A stretch of DNA of 64,000 nucleotides from a candidate division FCPU426 bacterium (GCA_963738405.1 CAVTWJ010000001.1:18844-82843); one strand, 5' to 3'; positions 9,408-18,490 are shown, numbered from the stretch's first letter. The notes: generated by a model from the sequence alone, not told the origin. Numbers and translations: made by a program.

Positions 9408-10133
9408 ATTAAAACCCTAATCCTTTTCATGTTTCTCTATTCGCTGCTGGGGGGGATTTCCTTTTCCATGGCGGAGGGTGAATTGGCTTCCTCGCCGACG
9501 AATTACGAAATGGTGGAAGCTCCCACCGCCTATGTTCTCATGCATGGCGGTTACGACATCATCACGCGCGTGTATGACAATGGGGGTGTTTTTGTCCGGG
9601 GCAACCTGGGGTTTAAAGACATCTTTATGGTTGGGTTTTCGGTCAATGGAGCCAATGTCATCGGTAACGGGGAAATCCAAATCCAAATGCCCCAAATCGC
9701 CTTGAAGTTCAAGGCTCTTGATGAGAAATCAGCCCCTTTTTCGCTGGCGGTGGCCTGGGACAACCGGGGTTACGGCATCGAAAACAACGGGGTTTTCTTT
9801 CCCGGGACCCAAAAGGGTTTTTACATCGCCTGCAGCAGGGAATTTCCTGAAGTCGGTTTTTTGCAGGCCCATTGGGGTGTGAACGCGGTGACATTCAATA
9901 ATTTTGATTCAAGCCAGGATCTGGGGGCCTTTTTGGGCACCTCTTTTGCCATTACTCCGACGCTGGCTTTTAATCTTGAAATGGATAAAATCTTGAATGA
10001 CTACTGGCAATTCAACGGAAACTTCCTCTTTAATATCGATAAGCCCCTGCGGGTGGGGATCGATTTCCGTGATATGAACCGAGCCGACTTGTTTTCCCGC
10101 ATCATCCGTATCCAGTACACCGGGTTTTTCTAA
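9408..10133 (+). CDS. Exported outer-membrane beta-barrel-like protein (YjbH-domain-like); probable ATT start at 9408 (first ATG is 9429)
   Basis: Signal-peptide-like N-terminus, APTA motif, alternating beta-strand pattern, C-terminal Phe; GGAGG 6 nt before the in-frame ATT. Confidence 0.6.
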   Translation: MKTLILFMFLYSLLGGISFSMAEGELASSPTNYEMVEAPTAYVLMHGGYDIITRVYDNGGVFVRGNLGFKDIFMVGFSVNGANVIGNGEIQIQMPQIALKFKALDEKSAPFSLAVAWDNRGYGIENNGVFFPGTQKGFYIACSREFPEVGFLQAHWGVNAVTFNNFDSSQDLGAFLGTSFAITPTLAFNLEMDKILNDYWQFNGNFLFNIDKPLRVGIDFRDMNRADLFSRIIRIQYTGFF

Positions 10134-10160
10134 AACCTTCCGGAATCCAAAGGCGGACCC

Positions 10161-10685
10161 ATGAAATCGACCATGATGGTTTTTTGTATTGCCTTTGTTT
10201 CCCTTTTAGTTGGATGTGGTTCCTCGTCCAATATCGAGTTGATTCCGCAGGGTAGCCGTCAAAACGCGGCTGAAATAAAGGCCCAATTGATTAGCGGGGG
10301 AAATCCCGCGTTAACTCTCGCCTCCTTAAGGGGGAAAGTCGTCATCTTGGATTTTTGGGCCACATGGTGCGGACCCTGCCGGATGGAAATTCCGGACTTG
10401 ATCAAGATTTTCCAGGCCTATCATTCGAAGGGTTTGGAGATATATGGACTTTCGGTCGAGGGACAGGACGGACATCCCAATAAATACTTTGAGGATTTTA
10501 TCCAGGCGAACGGAATCAATTATCCCTTGGGCCTTTCCAGCGTGGAAACGCTTCGGGATTATGGAATTAGTCCGATACCCACCACCTTTTTCATTGATAA
10601 GCAGGGCAAGGTGGCCCTCTCTTTCGTGGGAGTTCACTCAGCGGAAGACTTTACTTCCGCCGTTGAAACCCTGTTGAAAGAGTAA
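10161..10685 (+). CDS. TlpA/ResA-family thiol-disulfide oxidoreductase lipoprotein
   Basis: Lipobox LVGC; DFWATWCGPC; IPTTFFID. Confidence 0.92.
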   Translation: MKSTMMVFCIAFVSLLVGCGSSSNIELIPQGSRQNAAEIKAQLISGGNPALTLASLRGKVVILDFWATWCGPCRMEIPDLIKIFQAYHSKGLEIYGLSVEGQDGHPNKYFEDFIQANGINYPLGLSSVETLRDYGISPIPTTFFIDKQGKVALSFVGVHSAEDFTSAVETLLKE

Positions 10686-10748
10686 GCACGCGGCTTTAAC
10701 CCTTCTCTTTTGGGGTATAATTCAATTTATTAAGGTTTGGAGGGCCCT

Positions 10749-11183
10749 ATGCCCGAAACCCAAGATTCCGACATCCGTGAAGGTTTTCTAGAACTGTACC
10801 GGGAACTTTTTGGCCATGTGCCTTATATGGAAACAGTCATCGAGCGTTTGGTGCACTGCCAACCTGTGGATCGGTCGATGCTTGAAAATCACTTGGCTCA
10901 AATGATCGCTTCCCTGGCGATGGCTCAGAAAAAACTCGCCCTGCCCAGGGGGGCCAAGGGCCTTAAAAGGGGCCAACCGGACTATTTCCGGCGCGAAATG
11001 CTGAAGGTTTCCAAGATCATCAAGGGCCAATTGGCGGTACTTTTAAAGACTTCCTTTCTGGTGGACAGCCGGGAGGCGGAGGAAGATTACCTGCAAACGC
11101 TCAGCGATGCCACGGATAATATCGCGGGGGCCTTTCAGCATGTGGTTCGATCCAATGTGCTGATGCCGGTCATGCTCAACTAA
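10749..11183 (+). CDS. Hypothetical helical protein
   Basis: ORF with GGAGG RBS before ATG 10749; no motif recognised. Confidence 0.7.
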   Translation: MPETQDSDIREGFLELYRELFGHVPYMETVIERLVHCQPVDRSMLENHLAQMIASLAMAQKKLALPRGAKGLKRGQPDYFRREMLKVSKIIKGQLAVLLKTSFLVDSREAEEDYLQTLSDATDNIAGAFQHVVRSNVLMPVMLN

Positions 11184-11200
11184 TCGAGTCATTCCAGCTC

Positions 11201-11689
11201 ATGAACCTCAAGAACCAAAGGGGACCCGACTTGCCAGATTCCATCAAAGAACGCCGGGCTGAGATAGAGGCTTTCAGCCATTACCTTCGGGAAAAGGACC
11301 TGAAGTTGACTTCCCAGCGGGAAATGATCCTAACCGTTTTCCTGGATTATCCCGGGCATATTTCCGCGGAGGAACTTTTCCAGCGGGCGCGGGAAAAACA
11401 ACCCAGGGTCGGATTCGCCACGGTGTACCGCACCCTTAAACACCTGACGAGCTGCGGGCTTGCCCGGGAGTTGGATTTTGGGGAAGGCAGGGTAAAATAC
11501 GAACCGGAGTTCAACCGCCAGCACCATGACCATATGATTTGCACCTCATGCGGTACTTACATCGAATTCCTTAACCCCCAGATTGAGGAATTGCAGGAAC
11601 AGGTCAGCAAGAAGCATGGTTTTAAGATCACGTCCCATCGAATGCAGCTTTACGGCGTTTGTCAAAAATGCCAAAAACCAGCCAAGTAA
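11201..11689 (+). CDS. fur: Fur-family transcriptional regulator
   Basis: TSQR, HISAEEL, ATVYRTL, HHDHMICTSCG, CQKC. Confidence 0.93.
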   Translation: MNLKNQRGPDLPDSIKERRAEIEAFSHYLREKDLKLTSQREMILTVFLDYPGHISAEELFQRAREKQPRVGFATVYRTLKHLTSCGLARELDFGEGRVKYEPEFNRQHHDHMICTSCGTYIEFLNPQIEELQEQVSKKHGFKITSHRMQLYGVCQKCQKPAK

Positions 11690-11720
11690 TTTCTCGTCAA
11701 TCCAAGTTGAGGAGTCAGCC

Positions 11721-12200
11721 ATGGTAGATTTCCTTGTATCGCGCGCCACACGCGACAGACTGCAGGGGGAGCTCATAGGTCTCAAGACCATACGCCGTCC
11801 CCAGGTGGCAAGGGCGCTGGAAGAAGCCCGCGCCCACGGCGATTTGAAAGAAAACGCGGAATATGACGCCGCCAAGCAGGAGCAAAGCCTTCTGGAAGCC
11901 CGCATCCGCGAGCTGGAGGACAAGCTCTCCCGCACCCGCCTGTTGGAGGATGAAAACATCACCGGCGAGCATGTTTCCATCGGGACTGCGGTCACGGTGA
12001 AAGACCTCAAAAGCGGCGGGACTGAAATTTACCGTCTCGTGGGCGAGGAAGAGGCGGATATACCCAACAACAAAATCTCCATCCGTACGCCGATTGCCCG
12101 GGGCATGATCGGCAAAAAGGTCGGGGAAAAGGTGGATATCACCGTTCCAGCGGGTGTCTTGAAATACCAGATCATGAAGATCGAGGTTTCGGTCGAATAG
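11721..12200 (+). CDS. greA: Transcription elongation factor GreA
   Basis: ARAHGDLKENAEYDAAK, ISIRTPIARG; GAGGAG RBS before ATG 11721. Confidence 0.95.
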   Translation: MVDFLVSRATRDRLQGELIGLKTIRRPQVARALEEARAHGDLKENAEYDAAKQEQSLLEARIRELEDKLSRTRLLEDENITGEHVSIGTAVTVKDLKSGGTEIYRLVGEEEADIPNNKISIRTPIARGMIGKKVGEKVDITVPAGVLKYQIMKIEVSVE

Positions 12201-12207
12201 CCTTATC

Positions 12208-12237
12208 TTGACTTTGAAAAGGGAGAGCCGTTAAACT
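12208..12237 (+). promoter_or_regulatory. Putative sigma70 promoter of the SAM-riboswitch leader
   Basis: TTGACT-N18-TAAACT, ~18 nt upstream of the aptamer. Confidence 0.55.
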
Positions 12238-12254
12238 CACCTCACAACTGAATA

Positions 12255-12383
12255 CTCTTATCAAGAGTGGCGGAGGGACAGGCCCTGTGATGCCACGGCA
12301 ACCGATGCCCGGGTGAAAATCCGGGGATGCCAGGTGCCAATTCCTGCCTCGGTGAATAACCAAAAACCGGGCGAAGATGAGAG
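12255..12383 (+). ncRNA. SAM-I (S-box) riboswitch aptamer
   Basis: CTCTTATCAAGAG-TGGCGGAGGGACAGGCCCTGTGATGCC-ACGGCAACC...GGTGCCAATTCC...AGATGAGAG; P1 is CTCTTATC/GATGAGAG. Confidence 0.97.
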
Positions 12384-12403
12384 ATGGAAAAGCAAGAAAC
12401 CGA

Positions 12404-12435
12404 AGGCTTCCATCTCACCGATGGAGGCCTTTTTT
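12404..12435 (+). terminator. Riboswitch-controlled intrinsic terminator
   Basis: AGGCTTCCATC-TCACC-GATGGAGGCCT plus T-run; antiterminator GAGATGGAA (12381-12389) can pair with TTCCATCTC (12408-12416). Confidence 0.9.
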
Positions 12436-12542
12436 GTTAAGGCAATCAAAATATTGTAACCCCACGGTTCCTCCGGAACCTTTGGGGTCGCAGGCTTCTT
12501 TGAAGACTTTTTACATTTTGTCAGCCTGCAAGGGGAGAAACC

Positions 12543-13772
12543 ATGAGTTACGTGAAGTCGCTCAAATGCCGGGAATGCGGTCAGGAATACGAGAAAACCG
12601 CCAAATATGTCTGCGAGTTTTGTTTCGGGCCCTTGGAAGCGGCCTACGACTATGACCTGATCAAGCGTGATATTTCCCGGGAAAAAATCGCCGCTCGGGC
12701 GCTGAATATTTGGCGCTACCGCGAGCTTTTGCCGGTCGAGGGCACGGTTTACAACACATTGGAAGAGGGTTATACCCCCCTCTTGAAGGCCGAGCGTTTG
12801 GCCAAGGAACTGGGTCTCAAAAACCTTTACATCAAGAACGATTGCGCCAACCCCACCCATTCTTTCAAGGATCGGGTTGTGGCGGTGGCTTCCACCCGCG
12901 CCCTGGAACTGGGTTTTGACACGCTCTCTTGTGCTTCCACCGGCAACCTGGCCAACGCGGTGGCGGCCTACGGCGCCCGGGGCGGCATGAAGCGCTATGT
13001 ATTTATTCCCTCCAACCTGGAAAAGGGAAAGGTCATCGGCGCCCTGATTTACGATCCTATCTTGATTGGGGTTAACGGCAATTATGATGACGTGAACCGG
13101 CTTTGCAGCGAAATCGCCGGCAAGTACAAGTGGGCTTTCGTGAACATCAACATGAGGCCCTATTACGCGGAAGGGTCCAAGACCCTGGGGTTTGAGACCT
13201 GCGAGCAGTTGGGCTGGAAGATGCCCGAACAGGTGGTGGTGCCGGTGGCTTCCGGGTCGCTCCTGACTAAAATTTGGAAAGGCACCCAGGAATTCGTGAA
13301 AGTGGGGCTGATCCAACAAGGGAAAATGAGGGTCTTTGGGGCCCAGGCCGAGGGCTGTTCCCCCGTGACCACGGCCTTTAAGAACAAGACCGATACCTTC
13401 AAGCCGGTCAAACCCAATACCATCGCCAAGTCGCTCGCCATCGGCAATCCGGCGGACGGCTATTACGCCTTGAAGACCATCGCAGAGTCGGGAGGCGCCG
13501 CTGAAATGGCCTCGGACCCGGAAATTATTGAAGGAATCAAGCTTTTGGCCCGCACCGAAGGCATATTCGCCGAAACCGCCGGCGGTGTCACCATCGCCTG
13601 CCTGAAGAAACTGGCCGAATCGGGCCAGCTCGATAAAAACGCCCTCACTGTGGCTTACATTACGGGTACGGGTTTGAAAACCCAGGAAGCGGTGGCGGAC
13701 AGTTTGGGAGAAGTGAAAGTGATCCAGCCGAATTTGGAAGCTTTCGAGGCCAGCCAGTTGGTAAGGGCCTAA
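12543..13772 (+). CDS. Threonine-synthase-like PLP enzyme, second paralog (probable O-phosphohomoserine sulfhydrylase, MetM-like)
   Basis: N-terminal CRECG...CEFC Zn ribbon, NPTHSFKDR, CASTGNLANAVAA, RPYYAEGSKT; under SAM-I control. Confidence 0.85.
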   Translation: MSYVKSLKCRECGQEYEKTAKYVCEFCFGPLEAAYDYDLIKRDISREKIAARALNIWRYRELLPVEGTVYNTLEEGYTPLLKAERLAKELGLKNLYIKNDCANPTHSFKDRVVAVASTRALELGFDTLSCASTGNLANAVAAYGARGGMKRYVFIPSNLEKGKVIGALIYDPILIGVNGNYDDVNRLCSEIAGKYKWAFVNINMRPYYAEGSKTLGFETCEQLGWKMPEQVVVPVASGSLLTKIWKGTQEFVKVGLIQQGKMRVFGAQAEGCSPVTTAFKNKTDTFKPVKPNTIAKSLAIGNPADGYYALKTIAESGGAAEMASDPEIIEGIKLLARTEGIFAETAGGVTIACLKKLAESGQLDKNALTVAYITGTGLKTQEAVADSLGEVKVIQPNLEAFEASQLVRA

Positions 13773-14635
13773 AAGGGAACCAAGTTCCTTCCACAGTCAT
13801 GGCACAGGCCTTTTTCGATCGTGTATTGAATCTCGCATCTCGGGCAGTAGCTTTGGTGCGAGGGGTGGGTGGGGGCGGGCGATGCCAAGCTCGCCTGATA
13901 GGTCAATCCGATTTGCGCCATCCAAAGGGTCAGGGCCTTCAGTTCTTTTTCTGGGCTGTTAGTCAGCAGAAGATGAGGTTCTTTTTTATCCCGTGACGAT
14001 ACGGCGGGATATTTGAGTTCCAACAACCAGCGCCTGAAAAATTTGTTTCTTTCTTCCTCCTCCAAAAGAATCTTTCCAACCGCAAAGGGATGAAAATCCA
14101 CAAAAAGTTCCGCTCCCAGCAGATCCATGGCCCGGGAAGACTGCCAAGGCGAGAAAAGGCAGAGAAAAAGGCATTTCCACCGCGCTTTTTCTTGGTCAGG
14201 GTAAAGGACTTTGTGGGCTGTCCATAAGGATTGGATGAGAGCAATGTGCAAGTAAAGGAAACCGCAGAAGAGAAGAAACCATACCGGGCCAGATCCCAAA
14301 CGAAACTCATAGATGAAGATGGCCAAAGTCACCACCAGCAACAAACACCTGGAAAACCAAAAGAGATCCTCCGTCTTTTGACGATAAAGGTCTAAACGAG
14401 ATTGAGCTTTCTCCCATTGGAGGCTTTTTCCCAAGGGCGGGGCGGTGCCCGGCGGGGGAAAGCGGTAGGCGAAACCCTGGGGATAGGGATTCCTGAAACC
14501 TAAGGCGGGCCCACGGGTAAGTCTGAAGCGTTTGTAATGGGAAAGCATCAGCCACCCCCCCGCCGGGAGGGGAATCACGCACTCGCTTAAATAGAGGGCG
14601 GCGGCGATGAAAACGAAGAGATGAAAGTGGATCAA
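13769..14635 (-). CDS. Hypothetical membrane protein with C-terminal Zn ribbon
   Basis: Hydrophobic segments; YCPRC...CHDC at the C-terminus. Confidence 0.7.
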   Translation of the reverse strand: MIHFHLFVFIAAALYLSECVIPLPAGGWLMLSHYKRFRLTRGPALGFRNPYPQGFAYRFPPPGTAPPLGKSLQWEKAQSRLDLYRQKTEDLFWFSRCLLLVVTLAIFIYEFRLGSGPVWFLLFCGFLYLHIALIQSLWTAHKVLYPDQEKARWKCLFLCLFSPWQSSRAMDLLGAELFVDFHPFAVGKILLEEEERNKFFRRWLLELKYPAVSSRDKKEPHLLLTNSPEKELKALTLWMAQIGLTYQASLASPAPTHPSHQSYCPRCEIQYTIEKGLCHDCGRNLVPF

Positions 14636-14666
14636 GAAGGCCCCTTAACGGAGCTTCCGGCCGGAA

Positions 14667-15557
14667 TTATTTAATAACCGCCGGAGGCTGGGAATCATCC
14701 CCTTCGCCGGAAATGGTCCCTTTTTTGCCTCCTCCGAACAGCCTTTTGAAAAACCTCGAAACGACCGCCAAACCCGCCACCACCAAGGCCCAAGCCTTGG
14801 CAAGAAAGGGGAGTATCAGGGCCCAAAGTTTGCCGAGGATTCCGGACTTGGCCGCCAGGGCTCCCGCTCCGCCAACCACCAGGGCCGCGAGCCCGTATTC
14901 GGCCACCTTGTCGCCGGTGGTCCATTCGGCGTATTTGTTGCCGGTGGTGAAATCGAAGCCGCCGATGTCGTTATTGAAACGCCCCAAAACTGCGGTCATA
15001 TCGGCGGAATTGGGAACCAGGGTCACCACCATCACGCCCTTGCGCCCCAAAATCTTGGTGCTGTAATTGACGAATTCCTCGCCTTTTTCCTTCAGTCTCT
15101 CGGCCCACTCCAGCCGGTGATTGTCCGGGTTGTACTGGGGCTTCAGTTCCCAACCCACCAGGTCCATGGCGTCCCACCCCTTTTGCGCCCTTTCCTTGTT
15201 CGCTTCCTTGTTGTTGTCCAGCATGGTCTGCCACATCGCGTCGGCATCCAGCTTTTCCTTGTCCGCGTCCTTGATGTAGCCGACATCGTCGAAACTAAAG
15301 AGGGCCATATAGCCGGATTTTTCATCCTGGGAATAGAGCACGCCCAGGTCGTTATCCGAATAGAAGTTATGGGTTTGATCCATGAATGCCTTCATGTCCT
15401 TTTGTTGGATAAAGACATAACCGGCGGGAACCTTCACTTCGCCGATGTCACCCAATTTCCCGGTGGTGGGCCCTTTGAGGGGCTGAATTTCAGCGAAGAG
15501 GGAAGTGGTCGAGAGCAGGAGCAGGAGGCAGAGCGGGAAGCACAAAGAAATTTTCAT
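14667..15557 (-). CDS. DUF2167-family membrane-anchored protein
   Basis: Signal peptide; GYIKD, GW..P.Y..HRLEWA, LGRKGV, GDKVAEYGLAALV; start at ATG 15557 after AAGGA. Confidence 0.85.
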   Translation of the reverse strand: MKISLCFPLCLLLLLSTTSLFAEIQPLKGPTTGKLGDIGEVKVPAGYVFIQQKDMKAFMDQTHNFYSDNDLGVLYSQDEKSGYMALFSFDDVGYIKDADKEKLDADAMWQTMLDNNKEANKERAQKGWDAMDLVGWELKPQYNPDNHRLEWAERLKEKGEEFVNYSTKILGRKGVMVVTLVPNSADMTAVLGRFNNDIGGFDFTTGNKYAEWTTGDKVAEYGLAALVVGGAGALAAKSGILGKLWALILPFLAKAWALVVAGLAVVSRFFKRLFGGGKKGTISGEGDDSQPPAVIK

Positions 15558-15655
15558 GATCAATCCTTCTGGTTTGATGGCCAAGCGCGGACAGTATAGA
15601 AGAAACGGCTCGAAATCTTCATCAGGTCTTTTAACGATTCCAACAAAACCTATTC

Positions 15656-15771
15656 TTTCACCACCAAGACACCAAGGCACCAAGAACTACATTAGACAAA
15701 TAAGTGAAAAACGATGTAAATCCGAATCGATTTTTAGTTTTTCTTGGTGACTTGGTGTCTTGGTGGTGAAA
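15656..15771. repeat. CACCAAG-octamer inverted-repeat (REP/MITE-like) element, copy 1
   Basis: 31-nt arms TTTCACCACCAAGACACCAAGGCACCAAGAA / TTCTTGGTGACTTGGTGTCTTGGTGGTGAAA (1 mismatch) around an AT-rich 54-nt loop. Confidence 0.85.
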
Positions 15772-15804
15772 ATGGTATTTTCTTTTAAGTTTTGTAATAG
15801 TTTC

Positions 15805-16791
15805 TTAGTCTTTATTGACCATTTTGGCCATCATTTCGCCGTAACGCTCCCCTTGCACCTTGAACGAAGCGAGGATTTTTTCCACCTCGGCAAAATCCCC
15901 GTCGGTCAGGGGCAGGTTTGTCGCAGAGGCGTTTTCCTCCAAATGCTTTACTTGGGTTGTGCCGGGGATAGGCACCACATCGGCACCCTTTCTTAACAGC
16001 CAAGCTAAGGCCACTTGGGAAGGAGTGGCCTGGTGCTTCGCCCCGATTTTTCGAACCTCATCGACTAGGCGGATATTGGCTTTAAAGTTTTCACCCTGAA
16101 AACGCGGAAGGTTTCGGCGCATGTCGCCCTCGGCCAAGTCCTCGTAACGCTGGATCGAACCCGTCAGGAAGCCCCGCCCCACCGGGCTGAAGGGCACAAG
16201 CCCGATCTTGAGTTCCCGCAAAACCGGAATAATCTTGTCCTCCAGGCCTGTCTCCCAAAGGGAATACTCGCTTTGCAAGGCTGTGATAGGGTGAACCGCA
16301 TGCGCCCGCCGAAGGGTATTGGGGCCGACCTCGCTCAGGCCGATATAGTTCACTTTGCCCTCCTTCACCAGTTGGGCCATGCCCTCAATGGTTTCCTCGA
16401 TGGGCACCTTGGGATCCGCCCGGTGTAAATAAAGAAGGTCAATGTAATGGGTTTGAAGACGCAGGAGCGAGCCTTCCACAGCCCTGCGGGCGTTTTGCGG
16501 GGAACCGTCAAGGTTTTCAACCCCGGTCATTCCGCCCTTCCAAGCGAACTTGGTGGCCACCACCACCTCTTTGCGCCTTCCCGCCATAGCCTTTCCCAAT
16601 AGTTCCTCATTCTTGAAAGGACCGTAAGCTTCGGCGGTGTCCCAAAAGTTGATGCCCAGTTCTAAAGACCGGTGAAGGGTTTTTATGGATTCCCCCTCGT
16701 CAGCCTTGCCATAGGCAAAGCTCATGCCCATACAGCCCAGTCCAAGAGCAGATACTTCCAAACCCTGATTTCCAAGTTTGCGCTTGTCCAT
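15805..16791 (-). CDS. Aldo/keto reductase
   Basis: LGLGCMGMS, DTAEAYG, ATKF, YIDLLYLHR, IGLSE, QSEYSLW, PIPGT. Confidence 0.95.
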   Translation of the reverse strand: MDKRKLGNQGLEVSALGLGCMGMSFAYGKADEGESIKTLHRSLELGINFWDTAEAYGPFKNEELLGKAMAGRRKEVVVATKFAWKGGMTGVENLDGSPQNARRAVEGSLLRLQTHYIDLLYLHRADPKVPIEETIEGMAQLVKEGKVNYIGLSEVGPNTLRRAHAVHPITALQSEYSLWETGLEDKIIPVLRELKIGLVPFSPVGRGFLTGSIQRYEDLAEGDMRRNLPRFQGENFKANIRLVDEVRKIGAKHQATPSQVALAWLLRKGADVVPIPGTTQVKHLEENASATNLPLTDGDFAEVEKILASFKVQGERYGEMMAKMVNKD

Positions 16792-16899
16792 TGTTTTTCT
16801 GCCTCTTTGTTGAATAGAGTACATCAGCATTCAGACACTTCATTTTGATGGTTTGAAACCTAGATTCCAAGTGGTTCAAAAGCACAAGGAGGCCGGGCC

Positions 16900-17646
16900 A
16901 TGAAATTAACGGGACGCACGATTCTGATTACAGGCGGGGGTTCGGGCATTGGGGGCGGGCTGGCAGAGGCTTTTCACGAGAAGGGCAACAAGGTTATTAT
17001 CACGGGCCGTCGTCCCAAGGTTTTGAAGGAAATGACCCAAAAACATAAGGGCATGGAAGCCTTCGCCATGGACGTGTCGTCCGAAACCGATGTTCAAAGG
17101 CTTTTTAAAGTCGTCTCCAAAAAATTTCCGACCCTGGATGTGGTCGTTAATAACGCCGGGTTGATGTTGTGGCCCGATTTCGCGCTTCATCAAAGGCTGG
17201 GGCCGACACTTTATGATGAAATTGATATCAACCTGAAAGGTTTGATCCGAGTCACGGCGGCCTTTTTGCCCCTCTTGACCAAACAAAAAGAGGCGACGCT
17301 GGTCAACGTCAGTTCTGGTCTGGCTTTTGTGCCCCTGGCTGGCACCCCCATCTATTGCGCTACCAAAGCGGCGGTGCACAGCTTTTCGGATTCGCTTCGC
17401 CATCAGCTTCGAAAGACCTCGGTTGAAGTCATCGAATTGGCTCCGCCTGCGGTTAAAACCGAACTGGGCGAGGCGCCTGGGCAACCTAGCCGGGATTATC
17501 CCCGAATGCCGCTGGACCCATTTATCACTGAAACCATGAAGGCTTTGGGGTCGGGAAAGAAAGAACTTTTGATCGGCGCCGCCAAATTTTTGAAAACAGG
17601 CTCCCGATTCTTTCCAGGCAGGGTCTTCAAAATGCTGAATCCCTGA
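16900..17646 (+). CDS. Short-chain dehydrogenase (DltE-like)
   Basis: TGGGSGIG, NNAG, NVSSGLAFVP, YCATKAA. Confidence 0.92.
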   Translation: MKLTGRTILITGGGSGIGGGLAEAFHEKGNKVIITGRRPKVLKEMTQKHKGMEAFAMDVSSETDVQRLFKVVSKKFPTLDVVVNNAGLMLWPDFALHQRLGPTLYDEIDINLKGLIRVTAAFLPLLTKQKEATLVNVSSGLAFVPLAGTPIYCATKAAVHSFSDSLRHQLRKTSVEVIELAPPAVKTELGEAPGQPSRDYPRMPLDPFITETMKALGSGKKELLIGAAKFLKTGSRFFPGRVFKMLNP

Positions 17647-17846
17647 TTGGGCCGTTGTTGGCGCCAAAGCCGCAAAGGTGTTGCGGTTATCGCTTTGCTG
17701 ATTCCATGTAAGCGTAGCCGATAGGCTATTACGGCCCTTCCTCCAACCCCTCAGCGTCTATATCTTCGTAACTGGAAAAGGATGACGAGTCATTGAAATT
17801 ATGTCCTTTAAAACCAGGTGTCTGAACCATTTCAGGAGGAACAAAG

Positions 17847-18428
17847 ATGAATAAGAGACTTTGGCTGGCAAGTTTGTTTGCAGGCGCTTTGGTAGGCTCT
17901 ACGGTGATGCTCTATGCCGACGAAGCCAAGAACCAAGCGGGGGATGGCGGGCAAGTCGCGACCGATAACGCTCCCCAGGGCGGGGATGAAGGCGGGCACC
18001 ATGGAATGGGTCTGGAAAAAATGAAGGAGAAATTGGGCCTTACGGACGATCAGGCAACCCAGATGAAAGCCCTGTTCAAGTCTCGGATGGATTCGGGAAA
18101 GACCTTGAGGGACCAGATGAAGGTGGATTTGGACATCTTGAAGCAAAAGGTAGATGCCAAGGCTTCCAATGGTGATTTGAAAAGCGCCCTAGACACCCTT
18201 TCCGCTGACAAGAAGGCGATGGATAAGAACCGCCAGAGGATGGAAGATCAGGTTCGTCAAATTCTCACCCCCATGCAACAGGCTAAATTGGTTCTCAGCA
18301 TGCAGGAGAGGGGCGGGGAAATGATGAAAAAGTGGATGAAACATCGTAAAGACGGCAAAGACGGCATGGATAAAGATGGAGATAACGATAGAGGCGATTC
18401 GGGTAACCCTCCTCCCGCCGCTAACTAA
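17847..18428 (+). CDS. Spy/CpxP-family periplasmic chaperone (LTXXQ)
   Basis: Signal peptide; LGLTDDQ and ILTPMQQ motifs; Met/Lys-rich helices. Confidence 0.85.
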   Translation: MNKRLWLASLFAGALVGSTVMLYADEAKNQAGDGGQVATDNAPQGGDEGGHHGMGLEKMKEKLGLTDDQATQMKALFKSRMDSGKTLRDQMKVDLDILKQKVDAKASNGDLKSALDTLSADKKAMDKNRQRMEDQVRQILTPMQQAKLVLSMQERGGEMMKKWMKHRKDGKDGMDKDGDNDRGDSGNPPPAAN

Positions 18429-18455
18429 ACTTTCACACAACAAAAGACTTTCCTC

Positions 18456-18490
18456 AAAGCGCCTGGGTTCACCGCCCAGGCGCTTTTTTT
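18456..18490 (+). terminator. Intrinsic terminator
   Basis: AAAGCGCCTGGG-loop-CCCAGGCGCTTTTTTT. Confidence 0.85.

Noticed and set aside
11583-11720. N-terminal extensions of GreA (also PFOR 31510, PstB 45527, DUF2167 15683, Yip1-like 57411)
   Set aside because: ORF-caller longest-start artefacts; better RBS-supported starts lie downstream
17649-17737. tRNA gene
   Set aside because: Cloverleaf-like, but no TTCRA T-loop, 7-nt anticodon loop or CCA on either strand
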